Source: Octopus sinensis
Lineage: Eukaryota
Direction of reading: 5' to 3'
Length of the DNA: 64,000 nt
Assembly (NCBI RefSeq): GCF_006345805.1
Contig: NC_042998.1
Coordinates: 123,690,001-123,754,000, forward strand
The notes under the pieces were generated by a model. The model was not told the origin of the DNA. It saw nothing but the letters and a program-made list of their open reading frames with translations, and searched no databases. Positions 30,405-44,778 of this stretch are shown one piece after another; position 1 is the stretch's first letter; each line of letters begins with the position of its first letter. A program made the translations under genes and the position numbers.

Positions 30405-31060
30405 AAACAGCCGAAATTGCTAAGATGATCCGGTTCCGACTGAAGATTAGAGGCTTCGAGTGACCCGTCTGTTTTTTTTGTGTCGTCTCTTTGTGTGTTT
30501 TTGCGTTCTTGTCCCACTTTGTAATTTATATTTTATATTTAATTTCTATACATATATATATATACATACATACATATATGGGTACAGGGCGTCACCAACT
30601 GTGTAAACATGAAATAAGTAGACAACGTGTTAAATACGTAAACAATACGAGTAAAAATGGAAATCAGGAAAGTAAACAGAGAAATGACCCTTCATCATTT
30701 ATCACCTGTGCCTCTACTCCTCATTTCAGGCATTCAACGACTATATGAGTCTTCAAGGACAGTTGCTTCCATAGATTCTAAAAAAAAATTAGGATTTATG
30801 GATGGTCAACGTTAGGAACAAAAATAGGACAGTGGAGACATACAAGGAAACCGAACAAAAACAAACATGGAAGGTCGTTAGACCAGAACGAGAAGGAAAT
30901 AGTGAACGCTGGGAGAAATATTTTCTTTGAAAACAGAAAAGATAGGAGATAAAAAAATGCCTAGTCCTGTGAACGTCCGTGCAGGAAAAGAAAGATGGTC
31001 ACGTGAGGAAAAGAAAAATGAACAGTAATCACGTGTAAGCAACGAGAGAGGAAAAGAGAA
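30405..31060. mobile_element. Probable PLE terminal (pseudo-LTR) fragments with decayed hammerhead-like cores
   Basis: CTGAAGA at ~30440 (+) and TTGAAGA...GAAA at ~30720-30760 (-), in microsatellite-flanked, strand-biased sequence like the other PLE tails. Stems are poor. Confidence 0.3.
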
Positions 31061-31065
31061 AGAGG

Positions 31066-31103
<38 letters not shown>

Positions 31104-31830
31104 TAGAAAACAGTGAAAAAGTGAGGGAGAGAAAGGGAATTAGAGAAAGATGGATGAAGTAAGCAGTATATATTATTTAGTATTATTATCTAATTGAACG
31201 TCACACATCCATTTCCGAGTACACGCGCGCACACTCACGCACACATTTACGTGTATGTAAATAATATATCTAATAGCTTCGAATATGGTTTAGTCTCATA
31301 AGTATATACACATATGCAAGCTAATTTACATGTCTATAACAGAAAGACAGATATAGTTATCTTTTATATTGCCTGTCCCTTCATTTTTATCTCCCAATTA
31401 CCTATGGTTCTATCACAATAACAAATCTATAGGTTTCGTTTTCGATTTGGTATTGGTGGTAGAAGAGGACGTGGAACAATAACACGACCCAGAGAAAACT
31501 GGCAAACCATATTAAAAAAAAATTATTAGTTATTTTATTAAATTAAACAAACATAATCTTATTTAAATTTCATACTATATGAAACAGATATGAAGTACTA
31601 ACTTCCACTCTTCTTCTTCTTCCCTCTTTCACTCAGTCTTTCAAGCCAGTTCCTTTTCATCTCTCATTCGCCAACCCGCTCAGGCTCTGTGTTTTCATTT
31701 TCATCTTCATTCATCCTCTCTTTTACTTTTTATCTATTATACTGTCTTGGCAGCAGATTAAAGAACTGAATCTAAATTTCAACAGATAATAACTATTGTT
31801 AAATATAAGACTCGTTTTGCTCTATTTATC

Positions 31831-31894
<64 letters not shown>

Positions 31895-32016
31895 TGTGTG
31901 TGTGTGTGTATGTGTGTGTGTGTGCATATATTCATACATACACACTCATACATATATGTATATATATAATATATATATATTTATAAATGCATGTATGCAC
32001 ATATGTGTGTGTGGTG

Positions 32017-32092
<76 letters not shown>

Positions 32093-32099
32093 TATAGAG

Positions 32100-32168
<69 letters not shown>

Positions 32169-32321
32169 TATGTCATATTGTATACATATAACATAATATC
32201 TCTTTAGATATCTACATTTATGTTTGTTTATCTATCTATTTATCTGGCATTCTTCCTGCCCGAGTGTCTCTATTTCAACAATGCCTCTATCTTATCCTTA
32301 CTCAGTGTATGTATGCTTGTA

Positions 32322-32486
32322 CAGGCGTTGCTGGGTGGTATGGATCTTACTTCACATTCCCAAATTTGTGGTCTTGGGCTCAGTGCCAAGCGTATCACTT
32401 TGGGAAAGTAACTTCCACAATAACTCCGGGGCGACCAAGACTTTGTGGGTAGAGTCGGTGGTTAAAATGTGAAAGAAACTCGTCGT
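32322..32486 (+). mobile_element. Decayed 5' half of the CORE-type tRNA-derived SINE
   Basis: caggcgttgctgggtggta..gggctcagtgcca..ctttgggaaagt..gaccaagactttgtg..gaaagaaactcgtcgtata is similar to the copies at 44335 and 49958. Confidence 0.65.
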
Positions 32487-32739
32487 ATATATATATATAT
32501 ATACGAAATCATATACCCCCAGAACCACACTTAAAGTTTAGGAGTGAAATTTAGGATTTCTCGGTTTTCTGTGAATCAAATTTAATAAAACTTTCCCCAT
32601 TTAGTCTGCACACTATGGCAACCCCGTTGTTATGTTTTCATTATTCTGTGTATCGTTCTTTCTTTTTTTTTATTTCAGGATCTTCCATTTTGGGGTGAAC
32701 CACGCTAATAGCTTTTGAATGAAAATATCTCATTCAGAC

Positions 32740-33608
32740 AATTTTTTTTTCGGAAAAGGAAGGGTAATGATACATATTAAGCATATATTTAACAGACAGC
32801 TATAATTGTGTTGCAACATTTATTGACATGATGAATTATTTAGCCACTTCAAAAACCCTATTAGTCATGGAATTTGTCAATTTCTCAATAGCAACAGGTC
32901 GGTTTGCCTCTGCTGCAGCTTTGATGGTCACCCATCAGACATCTTTCAACGTAAGTTGGCGTCCTTCGGTATAAAGACCCAAATCCGAAGATGCTGGCGT
33001 CCACACCTTTAACATTTCGTCTTGTATGCCGTAAGACTCTAGTAATGTTTGAGAAGTCCTAGCAGCGGAGGAGGGAGCGTTGTCATACATGAATATGAGA
33101 TTCCTAGGAAGTGATAGGAGATTGTAGTAGGTGGCTGCGATCCCTTTAACCCCTTCAAGCACTTTGAATGGGCCAAAATGTCTGTTCCCAATGATACCAG
33201 CACACAACATGTCTCCTCCACCTTGTTGTTGACGTCGCAAACGACGGTGACGCTCATCTCCGAAATAGATCCAACCATTTTACCACATGTCAGATCTATT
33301 AATGTTCGTCCTGTCTTCGTCAGTGAACAGAACACAAGTCATGTCTAACGTTATGGATTTTTGTGTGCACTGAAACCTCAAATTCCTGTGACGAAGCGTT
33401 AAAGGAGGTAGTTTCAGGGGTTCTCATTCGGAAGCAATGCTCTCGAGGATGCATTTTTGGCGTTTTTCGGTACATAAGTAAGTCCGGAAGCGATGAAAAT
33501 GGCTTTGCTTCTTTGCCCAGGTTCCCCACGTAACTTACAGCCAATATCCCTTATATCCTTAGTGCTCACAGTCTCGGAGGTCCCACAATCGTATCGTTTG
33601 TCCCTTGG

Positions 33609-33609
<1 letters not shown>
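32740..33609 (-). mobile_element. Tc1/mariner transposase pseudogene
   Basis: RRQQQGGGDMLCAGII..GPFKV.EGVK..IFMYDNAPS..VWTPASSDL corresponds to the Tc1 motifs GGG.M.W, DNAP.H and WPP.SPDL. Frameshifted, and TIRs were not identified. Confidence 0.85.
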
Positions 33610-33699
<90 letters not shown>

Positions 33700-33782
33700 G
33701 CGTATATATAAATATGTATATATTTATGTATATATATGTATATATATATATATATACATATATATGTATGTATATATATATT

Positions 33783-33843
<61 letters not shown>

Positions 33844-34789
33844 ATGTGGAGAAAACAAGTATATCTCCACACAGGAAGGAAAGTAGGAGAGTTTGTTTTG
33901 GGGGTTGAAAATGCACTTGAGTATTAAAACATTTGGTCGATTTTGAATTTTGTAATAGTGTTATAAAAATACCTGTTTCGGCATTTTTTTATTTATCAAT
34001 TGTAAATAAAAAAGAAATTAAAAAAGATTTTAAGAGAGGTTAACGTTACAAGTGAAATATCGAAAAAAAGACTTGCTTAAAAGATCAAATGTTCATAAAA
34101 ATTCCAATATTCTATGAGTTTCACAGATATAGGCAGTAATACAAGTTCAAATGTTCAATGAATTTCATAACATTGATGCATGATGGAAAGTTCAGCAATA
34201 TTGAGTTATATTAACAATTAGATACGATGAAGTTTTTTAAAGAGTTAGAAGAAAAGGAAGATAAAAAAAATATTTTTACAATTTCTGTCATAGTGCATGA
34301 AGAAGGATTCCTCGACGCTAGATTTTGCTTGTGAGAATTTGAACTGCTTTAAGTAAAACTTGCTTTGTATATATCGGGTTTTACGGCAAAGGGTTAAGTT
34401 CAGATCAATTATAAATTTATGGACGTCACTTTATTTTGTCCGTCTGTAATCAAAAGTTTTGAATGGCGCTTTTACGGATATCTTCGTAAAATATTTTTGT
34501 TTGGCCCAGCGTTCTTGTTGGTTGACTTTCCGGTGGGATCTTTTGTTTGTCGACTGTTTGTTTTGAACCCTAGTTTTTGACCAGTAAAGATCCAGTGCTG
34601 GTGTTTCGTTGGTATTCTGCTTAATGATTATAAGCATTTGTTCTGATGTTAGCTAAATGGAAAATTTTGTACAAAACAGAAATTCGACACAGTAACATAC
34701 CTGCATGCTTTAATTTACTACCCTTTAAACTTATCTCATGTCGGTGTTTTACTGTAAGAGTAATAACATTCCCCAATATTCCTCTCAAG

Positions 34790-34854
<65 letters not shown>

Positions 34855-34865
34855 ATCTATCTAAC

Positions 34866-34900
<35 letters not shown>

Positions 34901-35574
34901 CATTTTAAATATGTTCAAATATTAAAAATGATACACTAAAGAGATTCCCAATAATTCAGTAAAAAAAACAGTCCCAATCACAGCTATAATCTATAACGAT
35001 CCACTTTTCGGTCACTTGAACATTTAACCTTCTACTACTATCATACCAGCTGCATTCCCTTCTCATTCTCCCTTCTCTTTCTCCTTCTTCTTCTTCGTCT
35101 TCTTCGCCACCTCCTTCCTAACTTTGCACCTATTGCTGTTTAGAATAACACCTACGCAAATTTTATACACAATACATACAAAAGAGATGTCTCAAGCATT
35201 CAAGAACTATTACCATCCACAACAAATCACTTTCAGGGCCCTTGACCATTTAACTTCCTACTACTATCATGGCACTCCCACATTCTTCTTCTTCTTCTTC
35301 TTCTTCTTCTCTTCTTCTTCTTCCCTGCCCAAAATTCCCAATGACCTCGAACCCACAAGAGTAAACAAGAGAGACAGAGACAAGCAGAATCAAGGGAAAT
35401 GCCCCTTGTATTTGAATATTATGCAATATTCTTTTAAAACTCTTTTCATTTAATTTTTCCAAAATTTAATTGTTTTCCATACTTACAGCCAAAAAAGTCT
35501 CAATGACTGAAACCAGTACTGAAATGCTTTTTATAAAATTATTTTAGCATTTTCTACCTTGACTTCCCCTTCCC

Positions 35575-35614
<40 letters not shown>

Positions 35615-38363
35615 TGTGTGTGTGTCTGTGTGTGTAGGTATTTGTATGCATTGATGTTGGATGTTGGTATATGTATATATGTATATATATATATATACGT
35701 ATATATGTGTATATATATATATATGTATGTATATACACATATATACATATGTACGTATATATAGAATATATTATTTATGCAAACACTCACGTACACACGC
35801 AAATACACACACATATATCATACTTCTATATCGAAACTTATACGCATATAAATGTATGTCTGTGTGCGTGTATGTGCACGCACGTGTGTGTATGTGTATG
35901 TGCGCCCTAAGTAAATAAACTACGTGTTTTGGGATACGTTGACGTAGACTTGCAAACATTTCTACTGAACATCAGTTAGAACTGTTACAATAAATAAATA
36001 AATAACAACCTATGACGCTGAGTTCGGCGATGTGACACCTAGAGTGTTCAAACTGAAACTCCCCTCCCAGACTGAGAATTGTTGAGTCAACACACAACTG
36101 ACAATAGCGATTCATGTCAGTCTTGTAGATATCATGATTTCCCATCACTCACTGTCAACTGTCAAACATTAACTGACTTCATACATACTGTGACCTAATT
36201 TCTGGATCACTGGTTCGAAAATTTTACTATTCTTTCCCAATCAATTTCTTTATAATTTGTTGGAGAGCTAATATCTACCATCTAGTGTATTTTGTTTGTT
36301 TTTTAAATTATTTTTCCCGCCTACGTAAAGCAATCTTTTATGGTTAAAATAGCATTTCATCTGGTTATGATTAATTCGAACATTGGGTTTTTAAACAACA
36401 GAAAATAACTTTATAGAATTGTATGCACTCCTGCCTGCCTGCACACGCGCGTGTTTGCATGTATGTGTGTGTGTGTGGTGTGTGTCTGTGTGTTGTGTGT
36501 GTGTGTGTGTGTGTGTGTCTGTATGTTTTTGTATGAGCGCATTTGTGTGTAATGCTGATATTTAAGGCTTTGTTCTATACCTTTGCCAATTACTATAAAT
36601 GCGTGATTGAATATATTTAAGCATGTATTTGATGTGTGTGTGCATTTATACACACACATACATACTTATATGTACGTATGTATGTTACATAGCTTTATAT
36701 ATGTGTACGTATATGTATGTATGTGGCGGCACTTATTTTCACATTACATAAAACTGTATTATTCCCTTCTCTGTCTCTCTTTCTTTTCTCTCTCTCTCTC
36801 CCTTTCTCTCTCTCTCTCACTCTCTCGCTCTCTGCGTGTTTCTGTATCATTATGTTATTTTTCATTTATCTGATATCATGAAAGTGTCAGGCTGTATATG
36901 TATATATGTATTCTCTAATGCTAGCTTCAATGTATCTCTACATATGATCATGTGTGTGAATCGGCATGACGGATTGGATGAATGAACAAAGAATGTGCCT
37001 AGAACACAATGATGATAGTTGCACTGAATTGCGATTATATAGTAGTCATGCTTGTTCTTTGAAACACCCATGTTTTTATGAATAGAAGACATAACAATAA
37101 AAGAGAGAAACATTCTTTGTAGAAATATTGGTTGCGACTACACTGATTTATTTTGTTGATGATTTAGTCCCTGCTTCTTTGGTTGCGCAGCTTTATGTAG
37201 TCGAGACATCTTCAATGGAGACGACAAAGCTTAACAATAAATGCGTGAATTCCTGAGGTGAAAGAAGATCGAAGTCAAATAGATGAATATATGTACACAC
37301 ACGCATATGCACGCCCAATCACCCTAAATAATACAAATATATAATAGCGCGAGCACACACACACACACACACATACACACACACACACTATATGTATACT
37401 TGTGCTTATGAATGATTGCGCTCATGCTTTCTTGCTGTTTCTAAATACTTTGTTAGAACATTTCAATGCTACAGCTTTTAAACTTTAGAGTGATATGTAG
37501 GTGAGTAGTGTATGTACAAATTGTGACCAATCAATGAAAGTATCTCAGATACATTGAATATTATTAAACATTTCGTTAAATTTCATTTTATTACAGTCTA
37601 ACATAACTATCTTAATTTATTCTGTGCGTTGATTAAATTAAACAAAATACAGTGTGTTAAAACATTGTACTCGTTAGTTCTTTTGTTAAATAAAAAAAAA
37701 ATTATATACAGATTTCTAATTGTGCAATTCGAGATCCTTTTCTATTTTCCAATTAAGTATATTTGTGTTAATTGATAAAGATAGGAGTGCTTTCATTAAG
37801 AAACCCTGACCCAAGTCCAGACCATATTTGCTTAATTATTGTTTGAAGGTTGTGGATAGTTTTTGTCTCTGCTTTCTTTCGGGAGATAGTTAAATAAAAT
37901 TTAGACTAGCTGAAGTACAAAGTTGTGATGCATGTTATATGAAGTGAATTCGATTTTGTAGGGACATAGGCTTAGTCTTGTGTAATTTACGAGACCAACT
38001 TTAATTCGGTAATGTTAATAGAATATTTTCCGTATTGAACATATGATGTAACGCTGGCAACGGTGTTATAGAAAATAGATTTTATTCCCTTCCTATATTG
38101 TGCTCTTGTTTCCACAGAAATTTCTTGTTTCTTGGTTGCGAGAAGAAACCAGCAAACATTACTGTAGCTAGTGAGAGTGAATAATCGTGGCCGATTTTGT
38201 CGGTTAGAATAGTGAGTGGGTTCAGCAATCTTTAATTTCTTCGATGGGATCGAAGGGTAGTAGTATTGAAATTGTGAGCGTTATGATACTTGCTAGTGGT
38301 GTGCTACGTATATATATTTGTAATTTCTTGGCGGTATGTGAAGGCAAGTCATGTTGGAATTAT

Positions 38364-38472
<109 letters not shown>

Positions 38473-38574
38473 TCGGGGTGAGTACTTGATAATTATAAGC
38501 ACCTGTGTATACCGTTTGGTGGTGTAGGTGGTGGAGTAAATTGATTAAAATAAAAACATGATGCCAAGGATTCA

Positions 38575-38652
38575 GCGGTACATATGTTTCGGGCCTTTAT
38601 TAGACAGATTTCTAACAATGCATAATGTATGTCTGTGGCCTTCTTCAGCCGC
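38575..38652 (-). ncRNA. Type I hammerhead ribozyme with intact catalytic core
   Basis: Minus strand: gcgg-CTGAAGA-aggcc[~41 nt]ggccc-GAAA-catatg-TA-ccgc. Stem I is gcgg/ccgc, stem III is palindromic, and the cleavage triplet is GUA. Confidence 0.85.
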
Positions 38653-40770
38653 GCACAACAACTTCCACAAGGACATGTGTTACATCAAAAATTCTTGGTT
38701 GGGGATGCAAATCCTCTCATTTGCGTACGACATAATGCGGCAACAGCATAGAATTGAAGCGTCCATCTCTTTCTTCTCTCAATGTAGAATGAGGAAAATT
38801 TGGATGTTGAAGTAATGTAAATAAATTAATAAATAAATACATATATAGACGTGAAGGGACCTGGTAATAAGAGTAAATAGGGGTAAAGATGGAGGGGCGA
38901 GAATTCAGGACGAAGGATAAAAAATATATAAAAAGTGTAAGTATAGAAAAATATAAAAATATAGAGTATAAAGATATAAAGAGATATAAGGAGATATAAA
39001 GGGGATGTAAAGAATATAAAAAAATATAAATGAATATAAAGGTATAAAGTTAAAATAGAAATAAAAATAAAAATAGGAATAAAAATGATAAAAAATGTAA
39101 AAAAATATATAAGGATAAGGGATGTATAGTGGTTACGGACCAAACATGGTGGTCAGGAAAATGACAGAATTTAGTTGTAGTCTGGGGACCTAGTGTATTG
39201 TAAATCAGAGCTGTTGAGCGGTTAATCTAGTTCCTTGAATTAAGTGGTCATCTTGTACATACATACCAGCATGGATACATACACCCATATACACGCGCAC
39301 ATATACGCGCGCATACACAGCTCCAAGCATATAAGCATACATACGTACTCACGTGTAAACATATACAGAAACACATATACACCCACACACATGCGCATAT
39401 ATACATACATACAACAGAATATGCGCATATATACACGGACATTATACGTGTACATATATATATATACATATATACACACACACGCACATACACATATACA
39501 TATACATATATACATATGCATACACATATGCACATGTATACCTATACATACATACGCATATACACACACCCATATATACATTCGTACGTCCATCCTTACA
39601 AACACATACACAGATGCCCACACATACAGGTTTACATATAAGATATTAAAAGATGTATATAAGAACGCATGTAAAGAATCACGCACTCACGTCTACACGT
39701 ACACGCACGCACGGCTGTGTGTCCATATGTGCGTGTACATATACACTTACATACACACACAGAGACATACGCGCGCATAGGTATAGCTATAAGATATTAA
39801 AAGATGTATACAAATATGTGTAAACATATGCATATAAGAAATCTGCGAAAACATGTGAAAAAACATTATTAAAAAATTATTAAAGAAAATTATTAAAGGA
39901 GGCTATTAAAGAGGAGTAACGGGGTATGCATATCCAGACGTAGATGTTTACTCGTACATATGTACACATATGTATACGTATACATACGTACACGGACGCA
40001 CGTATAATCATAAGCGGATCCATAGATCAGTAAATAAGGGATAAGCAAAAAAATAGACATATATAGAGATATAAAGCCATAATTTAGGGGTAAGAATGAG
40101 GGTAAGAATAAAAATTAGAAATAAAAGTAAGAAATACAATATAAAATAAGAAATACAATATAAAAGTTAGAAATAAAATATAATATTTATAAGAACTATA
40201 AGAATTAAAATAAGGAATGATAATAAAAATAAGAATAAAGGTAAAGCGAAATAGAATAGGATAAAGTAAAATAAAAATATAATCGGGTAAAGCTTAACAT
40301 GAGATGAAGGAAAAAATAAAAGGTGGTTGAAAGTGTAAAGTTAAAGGTGTGTGCTAAAGGTGACCACGTAGGGGTGGGCGGGGGGAACTGAAAATTGGAA
40401 GGGTGGGAAGTGGAGTTTGGCGGTGTGCGCTCAACATCCGAGTTAGAAATGTGAAAAGGTATAGGTATAGGGAAATAAAGAGTCTAGATAGGAAGAATGT
40501 AGGTGTAGGAGAAGAAATATATAGGGAAAAAAAACATATATGGGAGACAAAATGTGTATATATAGGAGGAAAATGCAGGGAAATATGTATGCACATACAC
40601 ACACACACACGCACATATATATATACATACATATACGTACACACATATGTATATACATATATACATATATATATACACACATACACGCACATATAGGAAA
40701 GCGGGATGCGCTGGAGCCGATAGGTTGCACCGGGTGGGAGGAAATTGCATGGGGGAGTTGGTATAATAGC

Positions 40771-41650
40771 CTAAGCTTTGTAGTATTTGAAAGTATTAAT
40801 AAGTTTGTGTATACAGGAAGGTTTGAACTCTGACCTTTTGTTAATAAGATTGTGTTTGTCTTTGAATTTCAAAATATTCTGGAGTTCTACACAACATAGT
40901 TGGCATCCTGCTCTATTATTTAAATAAGGTGCAGCTGATCCGATGATGGACCACCTGAGTTTGAAACCTATGCATTTGTCTTTTAATTCCCAATTTTTTT
41001 TTAGAAAGAGAGGTGCTGTTAGCTTCATGTCTGTGTTTCAGCGAGGACCGGTGGTTGTAGTATCTGAATTTCCAGGAGGTTGAGCAACCTATGTAGGTGA
41101 GTGTGTTAAACTGGGTACTCACCTCACATGAATATATTACGTTTTTCGCCCTACATGCGCCCCGTAGCGGACACTTGGATGCACATATGCAGTTGCAGTG
41201 CATTGCATTACTCGGTCGTGTGCTGTTAATCCCAGGCGGAGGTGTTGCATTACGTGTGGGGGCGTTGGTGTCCTCCTGGTTGTTGATGGGTGTGGTATTG
41301 CCTCTGTTGTGTTGGCGGGTGTTATTACTAACTGTTTGGGTAATATGGCTGCCAGTCTGATTATATTGTCTACTGTCTGGATGAGGGGGGTTCGGTTGGT
41401 CGCTATAGCTTGCTCTTGATCTAGCTGTTCTAATATTAATATAGTTATGTTTAGCTATGAGACAGCTCATGTTGGGCAGGGTAGAGTAGGAAATCCTAAT
41501 AGTTTTGTTGGAGAAGATACTTCTATACTTATGGGTGGGTGGAAAGTTGTTGGAAATGATAGAGAATATTCTCTTACATAATTTACCTCTAACTGCTAAG
41601 TTGTATGGTATGTTGAACCATATATATTTGCGTAATCTACTATTATCGCT
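40771..41650 (-). pseudogene. GIY-YIG endonuclease domain of a Naiad-type PLE, one frameshift in an A-run
   Basis: RKYIWFNIPY..NFP..IRISYSTLPNM; CNC..KCPLRGAC..NVIYSCEV..YIGCSTSWKFRYYNH; WELK..RWSII..PY..CQLC..E..LINKRSE..CIH then stop. The frameshift is near 41000. Confidence 0.9.
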
Positions 41651-42039
41651 TCTATTTCTCCTAATAGGATCTATATTGTTCTCGTCTGGAGGGTTACTAT
41701 TGTGTGCTATTCTATTAGTTCGCCTATTTCCTATACGTTCGCCTATTTCCTAATTTAAATTAGAATTATCGTTAGCATGAGTGCGGAGTTCGATTATAAT
41801 TGGGAGTTTTACGCCCGACGGACGTTCCTGGGTGGTCTACATATGATATTCTCTGGTTATACCCAGCACTATAGAGAGCCTGGTTGTAGTGTTGTGCGTG
41901 ATTATTGAAAATTTCTCTGTTAGAGGATAGTTTTGTAAGTCTGTCTGAGATGGCTTGGACCGTGGTGCTAATTATACAGGGTGGATGGTACCTTGACGAT
42001 GCGATGTTAGGTCGGCCAGTAAAGAGTGTCTGCCACGAT

Positions 42040-43340
42040 CTAAGATTAGTGTTCCCGCTCTAGAAAATATCGTCCGCAAGATAAACTCATTCAAATCGGA
42101 GGTTGTGAACGTCAACTACGACGCACTTGACTTTGGGGCCTCCGTCTCAGACGTACATTCACTACTTCACCGGGTACAGGACACCTCAAAAGAGGACGTT
42201 CTTATCATCGATTCTCTGATTGTTCCGTCTGCCCGGTCGATCCACTCTCAGGTCTAAGCTTCGCCTGTTTGGAAAATTGATGAATAGACTGAATATGACC
42301 GACGCCCTCCCAGTGCTGTTCCTTTTAAGGAACTGCTTCGCCATGCTGTAGTGTCCCTTCATGCCGCCACGTGTCTTTCGTCACGCATCTCGATGCCTGG
42401 AAACGTGCGTTTCGGTGACATTGGATGGTGACATTATCCATCAAATATGGTGGTCTCACCCTTCGATATCCGTTCTGCGGTCTCATCTACCCTGCCGGCT
42501 TTTCTCTTATCGGCAACCTCTTGCCGTGTCCTTAGTAATAGGGTTCTCCACAACACAACTGAACCATCTGTAATTGGGCAACTCGAGGTGAACTATGCGC
42601 CTTCTTGACATCATCCCCCTGTCACCCCTGTAGACGTAATATCCTCTGAAAAGAAATACAACGCCATCTAATGTTGCCTGATCTCAGACGAGTTAGTGCG
42701 CCGACTTGACCAGCATGTTCTAACTTGTTTCCGCTCAGCCTCCGAGACACTCAATGCGGTGCCATCACCTGTGACTGGCACTCATCTTGATAGCGAATGT
42801 CTGCGCATCAGCGTTCCTTTGAGGTTAGGCCTTCAAATATACGTGCCTCAAGAATGTCGCTGTAGGTTCACTGTGAATTCTTTTGCTCCCCACTCATGGT
42901 CATGCCATCATAATACTGGCCGCCTTCTACGCCATGCCACACTTACAAAATCATAAAACATGGTCTAGACGTCGCAGGTTTTGCTTCTCAGATTGAGCCA
43001 GCGCAGCTAGTCGAGAGGGGCGATAAAAACCTGACCGTGTAACAATTTTCCCGTTCTGTGGTGGTAGGCCCCTCACTGGAAATTCACATGCTGCGACACT
43101 TTCTCCAGTAGCAACTTAGTGTATTCATTTACCAGCACAGGTGCCCCTGCTCATCAGACTAACAAAAGCAAACTCTCAAGGTATTGATTATTCTCTGACA
43201 GGTTTATGGTCGAGCCTGTAGCAGTGGAAACTTCCGACGTATTCTACTCCCGGATCGTATCTTTGCTCACCGCTATTGGAGCGGAAGTGACTATACCAGC
43301 GCATTTCCCTCGCCATCCTCCAGTGCAACACTTTTTCCAC
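42040..43340 (+). mobile_element. CRE-like non-LTR retrotransposon 3' portion (zinc knuckle plus restriction-like endonuclease)
   Basis: LRISVPLRLGL..ECRC..HSWSC..GR..RHA; KPDRVTIFP (cf. RPDG.T..P); TCCDT; EPVAVETS. Confidence 0.8.
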
Positions 43341-43619
43341 TTTGTCTGCTCCAGTCCTAATGTAAAGCTATTCAATATGTATCGATGATGATGGTATATA
43401 CGGCCGACTTTTACATTTCGTTTTGTCCATGTGAAATGTGAAGCAATTGCTTGTACTTGATTCATTTGGGCCGTGTGGTCTTGCGGGTGAGAGGACTGCC
43501 AGTTGGCTTTGATGTCATAATTTCTGCCTTAGTTGGCTGTTAAGGATGGATATCATTAGAATGAGATATTTTTTTCGTTTTTAAACAATTAAAAATAGCT
43601 GTAAAAACTGAGGCAGCAC

Positions 43620-43620
<1 letters not shown>

Positions 43621-43671
<51 letters not shown>

Positions 43672-43691
43672 ATAGTAGGAGGAGGAGGAGT

Positions 43692-43726
<35 letters not shown>

Positions 43727-43745
43727 TAGTAGTAGTAATAGTAAT

Positions 43746-43792
<47 letters not shown>

Positions 43793-43812
43793 TAGTAGTA
43801 GATGATGATGAT
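43621..43812. repeat. Compound trinucleotide microsatellite (TAG)n/(GAG)n/(CAG)n/(GAT)n
   Basis: Directly visible. It explains the poly-L/Y/C ORFs. Confidence 0.95.
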
Positions 43813-44334
43813 GTTGATATTGGTTACAAGTTCGGTTACCATAGTGATAGATGGGGGTGAGTGAAGGGAAGGAAACATGCCGTACCAATAACAGAGAGGT
43901 CGCTACGTTCAGTGCTAAGTAGAAGGTGATTTTGTTATTGGTCTCTCCCTCTTGGTCTTCATTTTGTTGTTGTTGTTAGTGTAGTGGAGCAGAACACAAT
44001 GTTAAATGTGTGAGTCCACGTGCTTTTTTTTATTTAAAAAGATATTAAATGCTTTCAAATATCGTTTTAGTCAGAATATTTAGGTGACTGACTACTGAAA
44101 AAGAGGATCATTTATTGAAAAGTAATACATAATTGAAACATGATATGAGAGAACCCCAGCCTAAATATCAATTTCGTTTTGTCTACTTATATCAATTACA
44201 GATATGAGATCTTTTCTATTTGGAAATTTTAAAGTTTAGTGAAATTTTTTTAATTTAGTCTAATGATACAATTTTCTGCGCTGAATCTCAGAGGCTAATT
44301 CAGCCAAACTCAAAATATCCTCCACTTTTTTTAC

Positions 44335-44778
44335 TTTCCTTCTTGTTTCAGTTATTTGACTGCGGCCATGCTGGAGCATCACCTTAAAGGATTTTTTTAA
44401 TCAAAGAAATCGACTTCATGACTTATTCTTTGTAAGCCTAGAACATATTCTATCGATTTCTGTTGCCGAACTGCTTTGTTATGGAGACGTAAACACACCA
44501 ACATCGGTTGTATAGTGACGGAGGGAGGAGGCAAACACAGATACACAAATACATACACACATACATGCATACAGACATATAGACACACATATAGATATAT
44601 AGATAGATAGATAGATATACAACGGGCTTCTTTCAGTTTCTGTCTAGCAAAACGACTCACAACGCTTTGGTCTGCCCGAGGTTATAGTAGAAGACACCGA
44701 CCCAATGCCTCGCGCAGTAGGACTGAATCCGGAGCCATGTGGCTGGAAAGCAAGCTTCTTACCACACAGCCACGCCTG
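44335..44778 (-). mobile_element. Full-length CORE-type tRNA-derived SINE with internal microsatellite
   Basis: Minus-strand head caggcgtggctgtgtggtaagaagcttgc..ggattcagtcc has A/B-box-like motifs, followed by ttgggtcggtgtcttctactataacctcggg and a conserved tail. It is multi-copy in this window. Confidence 0.85.

Noticed and set aside
40771-41470. Selenocysteine (UGA) recoding, reported for some Naiad elements
   Set aside because: The conserved Cys positions here translate as Cys with no in-frame TGA. The TGA in the other PLE (~10970) replaces a Trp of the WWDR motif and fits simple decay.
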